Shown: positions 49,150 through 63,139 of the stretch, one piece after another
Position numbering within the stretch: the first letter of the stretch is position 1
Layout: the number at the start of each line of letters is the position of its first letter
Source: Mobula hypostoma
Lineage: Eukaryota
Assembly: GCF_963921235.1 (NCBI RefSeq)
Contig: NC_086097.1
Coordinates: 86,120,001-86,184,000 of the forward strand
Length of the DNA: 64,000 nt
Direction of reading: 5' to 3'
Notes under the pieces: model-generated
Database searches by the model: none
What the model was told of the DNA's origin: nothing
The model's input: only the letters and a program-made list of their open reading frames with translations
Position numbers and translations under genes: made by a program

Positions 49150-50375
49150 CAACAGGTCTACAGCAGATACAGTCTCACTGACCCTCTACTCGCCCTTGGA
49201 ACAACTGAACAACAGCGATATCCATGTCAGGAGCTGTTTGTTGATTACAGCTTAGAGTTCAACAACATTATTTCCTCAGTGCTAATCCACAGGCGTCAAA
49301 GCCTGGGCCTCTGTACCTCTCTTTACAACTGGGTCCTTGACAGCCTCATTGGGAGACCATAGTCAATGGGGATCAGAAATAATAACTCCCCCTCACTGAT
49401 AATCAACACTGCATAATGCAGGGATATGTGCTTGGCCCATTGTTCTACATTCATGCCTGTGTGATTAGGCACAGCTCAAATGCCATCTATGATGCTGATG
49501 ACACAACAGATGTTGGCAGATCTTAGTTGTGATCAGCAGGCTTACAAGGGTGAGATCGATCAGCTGGTTGAGTGGTGCAGCAACAACCGTGCATGCAACA
49601 TCAGTAAGATCAAGGAATTGAATGTGGACTTCAGGAACGGGAAATCGGGAGAACACAGAGCTGACTATCAAAGGTTCAAAGGCCCAATTTAATGCCAGAG
49701 AAATGTATACAATATATATCATGACATGCTTTTTCTTCAGTGGAGTCAGCAGTGGAATGGGTGGTGGGCAGCTTCGAGTTCTTGACTGCTGACATCTCTG
49801 AAGATCTATCCTGGGCCCAACATATTGAGGCAATTATGAAGAAGGCATGCAAGTGGCTATAATTCATTAGGAGTTTACCAAAAAGAGATTTGTTATGTCA
49901 CTAAGGATTCTAGTAAATTTTTACAAATGTACTATGGAGAGCATTCTAACTGGTTGCATCACCACTTGGTATAGAGGCACTATGCACTGGATCGAGAAAA
50001 GTTGCTGAGGGTTGTAGACTTCACCATCTCTACCATGGGCACCAGCCACCCTCCATCAAGAACATCTTTAAAAGTCGGTGCCTCAAAAAAGTGATGTTCA
50101 TCATTAGGTGCCCCAACCATCCAGGACATGCCCTCTTCTCACTACTGTCAAGAGGTATGAGGTACAGGAGCCTGAAGATGCACACACAATGTTTTTGAAA
50201 TAGCATCTTCCCCTCCGCCATCAGATTTCTGAAAGGTCCATGAACCCATGAACGGTAAGACACTACTTTGCTTTCTTTTTGACTATTTATTTATTCTTCA
50301 TATATTTTGTATTATAGCTGTTAGTATTTTTATGTATTACACCGTACTGCTGCCGGAAAACAATACATTTCCTGA
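49150..50375 (+). mobile_element. Decayed Rex1/Babar-type LINE 3' half, with a short retroposon tail inserted at about 49668-49738
   Basis: ttgattacagcttagagttcaac (DYSxAFN-like), QAYKGEIDQLVEWCSNN..NISKIKELNVDFRNGK, catccaggacatgccctcttc (HPGHALF). Confidence 0.8.
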
Positions 50376-50984
50376 CAAAATGCTTAGTTGTCTAAACAGT
50401 AAAACATTGAGAAGATCTCGAATGCACAGGAACAAAGGATCGGCAAGGATGGTGCAGATGTTGACATGCAAGAAAGCAAAGTCACATATGAGCTCTGCTG
50501 TGGTAACGCATATAAGAGATTCAATAGGCTGAGATACAGAAGATGGCTGATGAGTGTATACATCTTGATATTCTGAAAACTGTGGTGTAATCTGTATGTA
50601 GCATCAATAACTCCAGTATCAATTTGGTAAAGGCCATTCAATCTTTCCTAACATGAAAGAGGAGGCTGCACTATCCACACAGCAGAGCACTCTATCATGC
50701 TGCAATACCTAATGGCTGATATTGCACTTTCCATCTGGAGCACAAGCAGCAGCCATCCATGACATGGAGATGCAGTGGAAGTTGAGACTGCTGTCATGGT
50801 GTTACAAACGATTCCTTTAATTAGATTGGTCCCATCATGAAAGTAATGTGTACAAGGGAGTTTGCAAAATGTCCAGTAATCTTTCCTCCAGTAGATTATC
50901 AGACAGTGTTAATCAGTCATTATCAGTAATTCCATGAAAAATGAATCTGCTGCATTCTCTCAGAATACACCAAAACGCCCAAAA

Positions 50985-51092
50985 CATCGACTGTACTCTT
51001 TTCCCAGATGCTGCCTGGCCTGCTGCGTTCCTCCAGCATTTTGCATGCATTGCCATGATTTCCAGCATCTGCAGATTTTCTCTTGTTTGTGA
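50985..51092 (+). mobile_element. Penelope-type terminal fragment
   Basis: gcccaaaacatcgactgtactc..gatgctgcctggcctgctgcgttcctccagcatttt..gatttccagcatctgcagattttctcttgttt. Confidence 0.75.
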
Positions 51093-51192
51093 TTCAAGCT
51101 AGGGCAAAGTTACTCAAAGTCATTGTCATTGTCGGTGACCTCTTGCAGATCCTGTCCAGAAGGTGTAGTCACAAAAGGAAAATTAACCCAAT

Positions 51193-51622
51193 TGTCAAGT
51201 CAAGTCACTTTTTATTGTTATTTTGACCATAACTGCTGGTACAGTACACAGTAAAAATGAGACAATGTTTTTCAGAACCATGGTGCTACGTGAACAATAC
51301 AAAAACTACACTGAACTACGTAAAAAACAACACAAAACTACACTAGACTACAGACCTACCCAGGACTGCATAAAGTGCACAAAACAGTGCGGGCATTACA
51401 ATAAATAATAAACAAGACAATAGGCACAGTAGAGGGCAGTAGGTTGGTGTCAGTCCAGGCTCTGAGTATTGAGGAGTCTGATGGCTTGGGGGAAGAAACT
51501 GTTGCATAGTCTGATCGTGAGAGCACAAATACTTTGGTGCCTTTTGCCAGATGGCAGGAGGGAGAAGAGTTTGTATGAGGGGTGCGTGGGGTCCTTCATA
51601 ATTCTGTTTGCTTTACGGATTG
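51193..51622 (-). mobile_element. Rex1/Babar-type 3' end
   Basis: Tail gtcaagtcaagtcactttttattg; minus strand encodes DPTHPSYKLFSLLPSGKR..NSFFPQAIRLLN-like end. Confidence 0.8.
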
Positions 51623-54391
51623 TCACTTTTTGTCACTGTTAATTCAAAAGTTTTATGTTCATGATTTTCCCCTGTTTTTTAAAAAATGTAGTCATGGACA
51701 CACAGGTTAGCAAGGATGACTTTAATGTCCCAGGAGAAGGCCAAGTATAAGCCCATTTTCCCAAATCAAAATGGTTATTCTCTGGCATAAATGATCTACT
51801 CCACAGGAATCAGAATGGAAGGTGCCTATCAGGAACATAGGATTATCTATTTTGGAATAATTTTAGGAGTCTTCAGCTTTGGTACTTTGAAGCAAACATT
51901 GTGATAGCCACTTGGCTACGTGGTAACGTGAAGCAAAAAAAAACTCCCACTTTCTAGCTCTGACTGATGTGTAGATCCCATCTGATGAGCCTCTCCTCCA
52001 GGTTGTAGCTGACTGGTTCCTGAGATTGGGTAATTGCTCTGGAGGGCTGTCCTGCTGCTCCACCCATTAGCTTAATCATTGTCATATCTGTTTTTTGGGG
52101 GGGAAATCTGTATTTCAGAGAGATAACAAATGAACATTTACTGCTGTCATCTTATTGTGTTTTCAAAACTCTATTTCATTTTATTCAGTTGGTCAATTCA
52201 TCCCATGGTAACTAAAGAAGAATTCACCATGATGCTAAGGCAATGAGAATTTTAATGAGATGTCTATTAGCCTTAAAGTGTTGCTCTTTGATTTGCACAA
52301 CCTGATCAAACAGATGATGAAAAGGGAAATATAGTGGAACCTTAAAATTACCATTTTAAGCCCTATCAACATTTACTTAAAACACTACAAGGGTCTGTCA
52401 GCATATACCAGAGAATATCCATAAGAAAATTCCCCAAGAGTATTAATTTGTTTTACAGATATTCCCAAATAAGAGGAAGGAGCAGGAAACTTAAATATAT
52501 TAAAGGTGCAGAGGCCAGCCGTGGTCGTGGATACATAGAAAATTAGAAGTCATTTCCCAATTCTCAGAATTAATCTATATCATGAAGCAATTGAAGCAGA
52601 ACTAGTTCTTACTGAATTTTTAATTGAGTGCAGCCTGACTAGCTTTGCAGACCAACCATCTGTAGTGTTCAGGAGAATGTTGACTGATTCAAGTATCACT
52701 AGAATTAGTAAATTAGAGTTTGAATTAGCAACGGTCTGGCACCACAGTGCACTGTCAACATTATTAAACAGGATCCTTTATGTTAAAACCTGCTAGAAGC
52801 AATGACGTGCATGGAGACAAATTGTCTTGTTTGTGTTTTCAAACCTCCTCAGGGAAAGTTCGATTGGGAATGTTGAAGATGCTTACATTTTAATCTGGAT
52901 TCTGACTTTTCATTGAAGAAAGGAATTCCATGGGAAAACCAGGTTGGACTGCTTCTTGTATCCATCCACCAAATTCATATTCTACGCAACCACAGGTGTT
53001 GGTTTACCTGGTGAATGATGAATGCAAGATTCTCCATCAGTAAGACAATATGATTGCTCCTGCTGTGCCCACACCACATTAGGTGATCTTTGGACAATAC
53101 CAACATAACTACTGGGAGAAATATTATAAATCTTCAAGAAACTGACTGCCAGTAAAAATCAGAATGACCTTACAAAGAATTCTTCAAGCCCCTATGCATA
53201 AGCCAAATATTTAGTAAAGACTATTTATACAGTCTGCAGATGTTAGTTTACATTGTGACAACAGCACCTTGAACAAAGGTTCAAAGAAAATGGGCAATGA
53301 AGGGAATTTTTGTATATTCTGTGATAATGAAGGGAGAATATATGAAACCTGGAGCTATTGATGGGTCAGCACTAGAACTGGAGGTGAGAAGATGTTTCAA
53401 CTTGTTTCTAGCTCTCAGATCACACAAAACAACAGAGCAGAAAGCGAAAGATCCAACCATTCAGGAACTAAATATTTTCCATCCAAATGCTGAGTTGTAT
53501 TTACTGTTAGTAAAAATTGTCTTGCTCCTCTTTGTACAGCTAAACACATTCCTGCAGGAACAACATAATGATCTCCAAAAATGATTCCACCTCTTGCAAT
53601 TTTTTTTATTATCAGCATATTTATAAAGCTTGACACACTTGCAAATCTGCAAAAAAATGACATATGTTTTAGAAGTCCTTACTGTACCTCGATTGTCTTT
53701 AAACATTCATTGGTTTCAGAACCAAACAGAATGTTATTTATTGTACTGCATTGACACTGGAAATTTTACACAGATGTGATAGATGTTTATATGGCACAAA
53801 CTTGTCATTTTCATAGAAGGATACTAATACATTATCTAGTTTTGAAAGAAGCAGCTCAAATTATTGACGTCCAGAGAGAAATGAAAATCAAGTGCCTGGA
53901 AATCTATTTGGCACTTTTCCCATCAGTTACAGCAGCTAAAAACATGATTTGTCTTGTTCAAGAATTTACTGACTCACAGCCAGCTGGGAATGTAAACTGA
54001 AGGCATAGCACAATCAACAGAAAAGCCTTGGTTTGAAATCTGACTTAACTAGGTCTGGCCATTTCATTGAACACATTTTAATGCTTCCGTGCAGCAGTTC
54101 TTCAATAAAAAAGCTGAACATAATGTGGTAATACCTTACAAAACCTTCCTTGAGATATCAGCTGTCACCCATTTTAACAGGAAATTAATCCTTTGTAGTA
54201 GGCAAATTGAGCACAATTACCAATGAAGATGTCTTTACTGCAATAGAATATAAAATTTATGTTTATTTTATGGAGGAGGTTTTTAGTTTCGATCCATAAT
54301 CACACATTCAGCATAATAGTTGTTCACCATCACAGCCACCCTTCCTGTTCCTGCACTCCCTCCACCATCTCTGCTCTTCTTGTACTTTCAC

Positions 54392-55210
54392 TTCAAAGGT
54401 TTCAAAGGTACATATAATGGCAGAGAAATTGTATACAATATACATCCTGAAATGCTTTTCCTTCGCAACCATCCACGAAAACAGAGGAGTGCCCCAAAGA
54501 ATGAACGACTGTTCAATGTTAGAACCCCAAATTCCTCTCCAGCCCCGCTCCCTCCCATGTGTAAGCAGCAGCAAGCAATGATCCTCTTCCCCCCACTGGC
54601 AAAAAAAGCATCGGCACCCGCCACTGAGCACTCAAGTGTGAGCAAAGCAACAATAAAGACACAGACTTGCAGTCACCCCAAAGACTTCATGTTTCATCTG
54701 GTATTTGACATACCTCAGGCTCTCTCTCCCCCTAATAAGGGAGAAAGAGGTGTCCTCCTTTCACAACGAGAAGGGAGACATAACAAACAACTCGCTGGTT
54801 TACGATGTTAAAAGTCCGTTACGTCGCTTTTATTTTCGGGCTCTGTGCCCAACAATCTGGGCACACAGCTTGTAGATATTCCGCCTCCCCCAACGACACA
54901 CAGGTCTCCTGCCATGACACCAGCCTTCGATCCGCCCGTCTCCAGAGCCCCGGGATCCTAGGCCTCCAAAGCTGAGCTAGACTCTTAGACCAAGACCTTG
55001 GTGTGCCAAACAACAACGGCCGGTTATGAAACCCCGAGAGCGGATCCCATTCCCGCAAAGAACCGTAGTCAGCATGTAACTCCAGGTCAGGGTCTTCAAA
55101 AGAGCCCTGAAAGGGAAAAATAAAGATATTAAAGATGAAAATAGAGCTGTTTCCAAAGATGCAAGCAAAGGAGCCGCCGATCAGTTCCATCATCCCTCTG
55201 CTCCGCCTCC
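54392..55210 (-). mobile_element. Non-coding retroposon, about 820 bp, CpG-rich body, (CCTTTGAAA)n-type tail
   Basis: Minus-strand end tgtacctttgaaacctttga; related 3' pieces at 33500-33750 and 49668-49738; no coding motif. Confidence 0.7.
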
Positions 55211-56744
55211 AAGTTCTACCAATTCATTATTTTATCTTCCATTTCCCCTTTTTTCTTCTCATTCTGCCTCTACTTCAAATCTCCCACATCTCCACTCCCT
55301 TTTCTGCCTTCCTCCTACTCTACCTACTCCACACCATGTCTCTGCCTCCAGTGCTTTTGCTTGTTCTTCCCAGAACCACTTCTTCTTCCCTCCCTCTTTG
55401 CTCAAAGTTTTGAATGACTAATTGCTAGCAGGAGTCGTCCCCCACAATGGCCATATTGCACAGCGTGTAACACAGTGTTGAGGCTCCTCAGATGAGGAGT
55501 GCAAGGCTTCTGCAAAACAATACAGCGAGCAGCTTGAAGTTACAGATAGCGTACGCTGTAGATTTCTTGGAGGCGACATGACACTTATTATATTAATTTG
55601 GGCGCGTGAAACCCAAAGGTCATCTGAAAATAATAAAAACCTGTAGATGTTGGAAATCTGAAGTAAAAGAGAAACATTTTGGAAACATCCATCCGTGTTC
55701 ATTGGGAGTAGTAAAATTTTACCCATTGGCTTTGAGGTTTGAAGATGTGGTGTTCATTGGCTATGCAATTTGGATCATTAGTTTATATTGGCAATGTCTA
55801 GTATTTCTAGATTAGATTAGCAATATTTACTATATTTCTGAGTACATTGAGATGGTAATGTTTATTGGCTTTGTAGAATAGATTAGCAATGTCTGCGGAC
55901 TGAAACGCTGATAAACAGTGCCTCAGGACTTTGTAAATTGGATTAGAACTATTTATTAGTGTGTAAGCTGGCTTGGCAATGTTCATTGACTTGTTAGATT
56001 GAGTCAGCAATGTTCTTAATGGCTTTGTAGGCAAGAATGGGAAGACTTTCAGTCTGGATGTAGCTGACACCGTGAAGCTTTGTCACATCTGAATTAGGTG
56101 CAAAATCTAAATTTAACCATCAATTTAACATCAAATATTTGTAGTCTTCTTCCCAAATATTGGATATAGTGTTTGCCAAGCAAATTTGTAAGCACCTATG
56201 GAATATTTTTAAAAGTACAAGCTGTAGATTACTACCGAAAAGAACTTGCAGTTGACTGCCTCCCAGTGACAAATTGCATCAATACCTCCTTGTATCACAC
56301 AGTGAGTGAGTGCCATATTATGCTACTGACACTGTCATCTACAATGAAAGGTGTGAAGGGTTTCAGTTTAAAACTCTGCTCAAATTTTCACTCTTCCATT
56401 TCTGCCAGGGTTACTGAACTAATGCTGAATGAACAACCTCAGAAAAATTGCAGAATTTCGGCTTTGAAATTCTTTGGTGCCCTGACAAGTACAGTAAATT
56501 AACAGCGGCTGAGTGATGATGGGTGGTGAGGGAAAATAGAGGATTGGGGTCCCTGCATTGAAGAACAATTATTTAAATTTAGAGGATGTGAAATTGGAAT
56601 TTGAGTCCATGTCTGCTCTATGTAGAAATATCTGATCAGTCCTATACCCAAACACATTCACTTTCAGTCTTGATTATTTTCCATACTTAACTATCATACT
56701 TTTAATCCTTCCAATACTTACCTATTTTACCAACTGGTAGCCAC

Positions 56745-56980
56745 TATTGAACATAGAACATAGAAATCTGCAGCACATTACAGACCCTTTGACCCACAAA
56801 GTTATTCAAACTCTAGAAACCCTCACATCTCTTTTGAACTTAGCCCCTCTCACCTTCAATGCATGCCCCCTGGTATTAGACATTACAACCCTGGGGAAAA
56901 GGTCTGGCTGTCTACCTATGCCCCTCATAATCTTGTAACTGCCATCAAGTCTCCCTTGGCCTCTGTGGCTCCAGAGAAAA
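56745..56980 (-). mobile_element. CR1 3' fragment
   Basis: aacatagaacatagaa tail; YKIMRGI..LFPRVVMSNTRGHALKVRG. Confidence 0.75.
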
Positions 56981-56981
56981 T

Positions 56982-57255
56982 GGGGCTCCACAGTAGTATA
57001 CTGGTTAGCACAATGCGATTAGAGCTCGGACTGTTGTAGTTCGGAGTTCAGTACCGGTGTCCTTTGTAAGAATGTTTCTATGTTCATCCCATGTGTACGT
57101 GGGTTTCCTCTGGGTGCTTTGGTTTCCTCCCATAGTCCAAAAATGTATTGTTTAGCTAGTTGAAAGGTCATTGTAAATTGCCCTGTAATTAGACTAGGAT
57201 TAAATAGATGGGTTGCTGCGTAGTGTGGCTCACTGGGCTGGAAAGGGCCAAACAT
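56982..57255 (+). mobile_element. V-domain tRNA-derived SINE (HE1-like)
   Basis: Head cagtagtatactggttagcac, V-domain cgtgggtttcctctgggtgctttggtttcctcccatagtccaaa, then ggtcattgtaaattgccc. Confidence 0.75.
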
Positions 57256-58104
57256 TGGTATGTAAGATAGAATTTATCTCCCTTCTTCAATCTGATACTC
57301 CACTTGCTCACAGACACATATTATGCAGCTGCAATCTTGCATTCATTTAGTTGTGAGGACTGTTGCTATTCAGAAGGGCAGATTTCTTGACACTTTTCAA
57401 AAAAGAATGTCACGAACTGATCATGAGAGAGATTGAAAGTCTCATCTGCCACTGGCTGAATGTGCCAAAGCTAAGGAAGTAAGGGGATCTTTTGTTAACA
57501 ACTTAAAAAATCACTTGACTGGACTGACACTCTTGCCCATCAGACAGAATAAGGTTTGCATTGATGCAGGAGGAGACAGAAGGGTGATCCAATTTCACAA
57601 GATGACACATAAAGGAATTTATTATTGTTTCTCTGGAACATACAGACCAGGCAATCTCATTTGTTCCTCAAAGACTGTGCATAGCAGATCTGCCCTTGTT
57701 TAAAGTCACAGCTGAGCATAAAAATCACTAGAAATCATGTCTGATGGTTCATAGTTCTTTCATGCTGGCTGTCAAATGTCAGTTTTTATCCTGTCAGATG
57801 ATACTGTGTTGAACTTTATTTCAAGGATAAAGGTTTTCACAGTCATTTTAAATGATTCTGAGTGATTCCAATATCTCAAACAGAGTATCTACATGTCCAA
57901 GGGATTTCTCTAGTGCAATCTGTGGCAATATATTAAATAGGGTCTTCCTGCTCAGTAGAAAACCAATCTCAAGTCACTTTGTTTTAACTCACTCTGCTTT
58001 GTGCAGAACAGGAAACTTGCTGTCGGTTTGGGTTCCCTTCATCAAGAAACAACACAAGGTCAGAATTTGCAATTCCATTGCTTTCAGAGAAACCAGGGAA
58101 AATA

Positions 58105-61100
58105 AGGAGTAGAGGGAGTCAGAGCAGGAAGGCTTTGGCTCAACGGGGCTTAGGCAATAACAGGTCAAGGCAAGGTAGGATGCCTGTGTAGAATACAGAC
58201 AGGAAGTATGTGTGTGAGGCCGGTGTTCTGTGCTCGGTGTCAGATGTGGGAGGTCCTGGAGGCTCCCAGCCTCCCGGACGGCCACATCTGCACCAGGTGC
58301 ATCGAGCTGCAGCTCCTTAGGGATCCGTGTTAAGGAACTGGAGATGCGGCTCGATGACCTTCGTCTGGTCAGGGAAAGTGATGAGGTGATAGAGTGGAGC
58401 TATGGGCAGGTAGTCACACTGGGGCCTCGGGAGTCAGATAAGTCAGGAGAGGGAAAGGCAGGAGTCAGAGGCTAGAGAGCACCCCTGTGGCTTTACCTCT
58501 TGAGAATAAGTACTCCTGCTTGAGTACGGTTGGGGGGACGGCCTAACTGGGGGAAGCAACAGTGGCCATGCCTCTGGCACAGAATCTGGAACTGTGGCTC
58601 AGAAGGATAGGGAAAGGAAGCGGATGGCAGCAGTGATAGGGGACTCTATAGTTAGGGTGACAGACAGGTGATTCTGTGGATGAAGGAAAGAAGCACGAAT
58701 GGTAGTTTGCCTCCCAGGTGCCAGGGTCCGGGATGTTTCTGATTGCATCCATGATATTATGAAGTGGGAAGGAGAATAGCCAAAGGCCATGGTACATATT
58801 GGAACCAGCGACATAGGCAGGAAAAGGGAGGAGGTCTGAAAGCAGACTATAGGGAGTTAGGAAGGAAGTCAAGAAGCAGGACCACAAAGGTAGTCATCTC
58901 GGGATTATTACCTGTGACAGTGAGAATAGAAACAGAGTGAGGTGGAGGATAAATGTGTGGCTGAAGGATTGGAGCAGAGGGCAGGGATTCAGATTTCTGG
59001 ATCATTGGGACCTCTTTTGGCGCAGGAGTGACCTGTACAAAAAGGATGGGTTGGACTTGAATCCGAGGGTGACCAATATCCTGGCAGGGAGGTTTGCTAA
59101 GGCTATTGGGAAGAGTTTAAACTAGAATTGCTGGGAGGTGGGAACCAAACTGAAGAGATGGAGGAAGAAGCGGTTGGCTCACAAATAGAGAAAGCTTGGA
59201 GGCAGTGCGAGAGGGTGGTTAGGCAGGTGATAGAGAAAGGACACACTCAGACTGATGGTTTGAGATGTGTTTATTTTAATGCAAGGAGTATTATGAACAA
59301 AGCTTAGAGCGTGGATCATTACTTGGAGCTATGATGTTGTGGCCATTACAGAGACTTGGATGGCTCAGGGACAGGAATGGTTAATTCGAGTACCAGGCTT
59401 TAGATGTTTCAGAAAGGACAAGGAGGGAGGCAAAAGAAGTGGGGGCATGATCAGACTTAGTGTCACAGCTGTAGAAAAGGAGGAAAACATGGAGGGATTG
59501 TCTACGGAGTCTCTGTGGGTAGAAGTTAGTAACAGGAAGGGGTCAATAACTCTACTGGGTGTTTTTTATAGACCACTCAACAGGGACATCGAGGAGTAAA
59601 TAGGGAGACAGATTCTGGAAAGGTGTAACAATAACAGGGTTGTCGTGGTGGGAGATTTTAATTTCCTAAATACCATTTGGCATGTCCCAAGAGTAAGGGG
59701 TTCAGATGGAGTGGAGTTTGTTGTGTGTGTTCAAGAAGGTTTCTTGACACAATATGTAGATAAGCCTACAAGAGGAGAAGCTGTACTTGATCTGGTATTG
59801 GGAAATGAACCTGGTCAGGTATCAGATCTCTCAGTGGGAGAGCATTTTGGAGATAGTGATCATAATTCTATCTCCTTTACAACAGCATTGGAGAGAGATA
59901 GGAACAGACAAGTTAGAAAAGCGTTTAATTGGAGTAAGGGGAATTATGGGGATATCAGGCAGGAAATTGGAGGCTTAAATTGGGAACAGATGTTGTCAGG
60001 GAAATCTATGGAAGAAATGTGGTAAATGTTCAGGGGATATTTGTGTGGAATTCTGCATAGGTACGTTCCAATGAGACAGGGAAAGGATGGTAGGGTACAG
60101 GAACTGTGGTGTAGAAAGGCTGTTGTAAATCTAGTCAAGGAGAAGAGAAGAGCTTATGAAAGGTTTAAAAAACAAGGTAATGATAGAGATCTAGAAGATT
60201 ATAAGGCTAGCAGGAAAGAGCTTAAAAATGAGATTAGGAGAGCCAGAAGGGGCCATGAGAAGGCCTTGGTGGACAGGATTAAGGCATTCTACATGTATGT
60301 GAAGAGCAGGAGGATAAGACGTGAGAGAATAGGACCATTCAAGTGTGACAATGGAAAAATGTGTATGGAACCAGAAGAAATAGCGAAGGTAATTAATGAG
60401 TGCTTTGCTTCAGTATTCACTACAGAAAGGGATCTTGGCGATTGTAGGGATGACTTGCAGTGGACTGAAAAGCTTGAGCATGTATATATTAAGAAAGAGA
60501 ATGTGTTGGAGCTTTTGGAATACATCAACTTGGATAAGACACCAGGACCGAATGAGATGCTACTCTGGGAGGCGAAGGAGGAGATTGCTGAGCCCCTGAT
60601 GATGATCTTTGCATCATCAATGAGGACAGGAGAAGTTCTGGAGGATTGGAGGGTTGCAGATGTTGTTCCATTATTCAAGAAAGGGAGTAAAGATAGCCCA
60701 GGAAATTATAGACCAGTGAGTCTTACTTCAGTGGTTGGTAAGTTGATGGAGAAGGTCCTGAGAGGCAGGATTTATGAACATTTGGAGAGGCATATTGTGA
60801 TTAGGAATAGTGAGCATGGCCTTGGGAAAGGCAGGTCATGCCTTACAAGTCTGATTAAACTTCTTGAGGATGTGACTAAACACATTGATGAAGATAGAGC
60901 AGTAGATGTAGTGTACAGCATATGGATTTCAGCAAGGCATTTGACAAGGTACCCCATGCAAGGCTTATTGAGAAAGTAAGGAGGCATGAGATCGAAGGGG
61001 TCATTGCCTTGTGGATCCAGAATTGGCTTGCCCACAGAAGGCAAAGAGAGATTGTAGACAGGTCGGTAACCAGTGGTGTGCCTCAGGGATCTGTTCAGGG

Positions 61101-62074
61101 ACCCCTACTTTTGGTGATTTTTATAAATGATCTGGATAAGGAAGGGGAGGGATGGTTTATTAAATTTGCTGATGACACAAAGGTTGGGAGTGTTGTGGAT
61201 AGTGTGGAGGACTGTCAGAGGTTACAGTGGGACATCGATAGGATGCAAAACTGGGCTGAGAAGTGGCAGATGGAGTTCAACCCAGATAAGTGTGCGGTGG
61301 TTCATTTTGGTAGGTCAAGTATGATGGCAGAATATAGTATTAATGGTAAGACTCTTGGCAGTGTGGAGGATCACAGCGATCTTGGGTTCCAAGTCCATAG
61401 GACACTCAAAGCTGCTACGCAGGTTGACTCTGTGGTTAAGAAAGCATACAGTGCATTGGCCTTCATCAATTGTGGGATTTAGTTTTGGAGCTGCGAGGTA
61501 ATGTCGCAGCTATATAGGACCCTGGTCAGACCCCACTTGGAGTTCTGTGCTCAATTCTGATCGTCTCGCTATAGGAATGATGTGGAAACTATAGAAAGGG
61601 TGCAGCGGAGATTTACAAGGATGTTTCCTGTATCGGGGGCATGCCTTATGAGAATAGGTTGAGTGAACTCGGCCTTTTCTCCTTGGAGTGATGGAGGATG
61701 AGAGGCACCCTGATAGAGGTGTATAAGATGATGAGAGGCATTGATCGTGTGGATGGTCAGAGGCTTTTTCCCAGGGCAGAAATGGCTGGCACAAAAGGGC
61801 ACAGTTTTAAGGTGCTTGAAAGAAGGTGCAGAGGAGATGTCAGTGGTACGTTTTTTACGCAGAGAGTGGTGAGTGCATGTAATGGGCTGCCATTGGCGGT
61901 GGTGGAGGTGGATATGATAGGGTCTTTTAAGAGACTCCTGGATAGGTACATGGACTCAGAAAAATAGAGGGCTATAGGTAACCCTAGGTAATTTCTAAGG
62001 TAAAGATATGTTCTGCACATATTTGTGGGCCGAAGGGCTTGTATTGTGATGTAGGTTTTCTATGTTTCTATGTT
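58105..62074 (+). mobile_element. Full-length CR1 LINE (5' UTR, ORF1 zinc finger/coiled coil/esterase, ORF2 APE-RT), inactivated
   Basis: ATG 58208 MCVRPVFCARCQMWE..HICTRC; VKELEMRLDDL; GDS; ORF1 stop 59125; GLRCVYFNARS, ITETW, GDFN, GDSDHN, GNYRPVSLTSVVGK, KFADDTK; tail ttttctatgtttctatgtt. Multiple stops and frameshifts. Confidence 0.95.
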
Positions 62075-63139
62075 AATATGATTTGCTTTGCTTTTTTGCT
62101 CTGAGCATTACACAATTAGGAATCACAATTATTTCCAAAGTGAAAGTTATGCCGAGCAGAATAACGTCTTCCCTTGTCTGGAACAGCCATGATGTAATTT
62201 TCTCCAAGCTATTGATGGTAACCACTATATCACAGCATTATCTCTGCCAGAATTCCTCACCCTTAACCAACACATTCTGAAGTCATTGTTGACCTCCCTG
62301 TGCCCAACACCTGAACCCTGATTCTCCTAGTCACTTGACCTTCAGATCCACAACTCCGATGATTCTCCTGAACACTCAACCCTGCAATCCTTCTACCCTC
62401 TACCTCCTAATTCATCAGCCTTCGTCATCTCTCCCCAATACACAGCCCTGGTCTGTTCTAAAGTCCTCACTTTTCCCTTAATTTGTCCATGGCCATCGTC
62501 TCCCAGAATACCTTGCTTCTACCCTCAGTCCTGATTCCTGTCGGTATGTTTCCATTAGCATTTTCATTGAACCTTGGAAGCAATTAAAGTTTGTACTTGC
62601 AGTGGTGTTGGTGGGGAGGTGGGTGGAGGTCCATGATTTAGAGTGTCATTGGCTTTCCATTGTAATACTCATCTAGCACATCCATTTAGGTACACTCACC
62701 TTTTCAGGTCCAGAACCTTTTGTCAGGAGTTGTAAGGGCTTCCAGCACTTTCTTTAGTTCAGGTTCACAGAGTTACTGCTGTATCAAAAAAAGCACCACA
62801 TCAAATGTTTCAACAACTGGATGCAACTACATTTCTGAAACTCACTCAGAAATATGAAATAATAACAGGGGTTTCCTTTATGATCACCTTGAACTAAGGG
62901 AATTTTTTAGCTACTGCAACCTGATTAGTTCTTTAGAACCACAAGAGGTTCTGCTGATGAAGATGCTGGAAGAAATCACCAAGGCAGACTGCGTCTATGG
63001 AGGGGAATAAACTGTTGACATTTCAGGCCAAGACAGAGAAGAAAACAAAATTTGGGAGCAAGGAGTTTTCACTGACTGAAGAGCCGGAATAAATTACAAA
63101 GATTGAAGGATGAGGCCACAGAATGTTTTGATAGGGCAG

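Noticed and set aside
51982..52000. CTGATGAG hammerhead-like box
   Set aside because: No stem II followed by GAAA and no closing stem nearby.
53002..53125. Possible minus-strand exon (tttctcccag acceptor, CAG/GTAAAC donor)
   Set aside because: Translations resemble no protein I recognise, and such splice-like pairs arise by chance.
56982..57070. tRNA gene
   Set aside because: The tRNA-like boxes are the decayed head of a SINE and run directly into the V-domain; no cloverleaf.
62280..62560. C/T-rich stretch with recurring cctgattctcct-like words
   Set aside because: No consistent period or boundaries; treated as low-complexity sequence.
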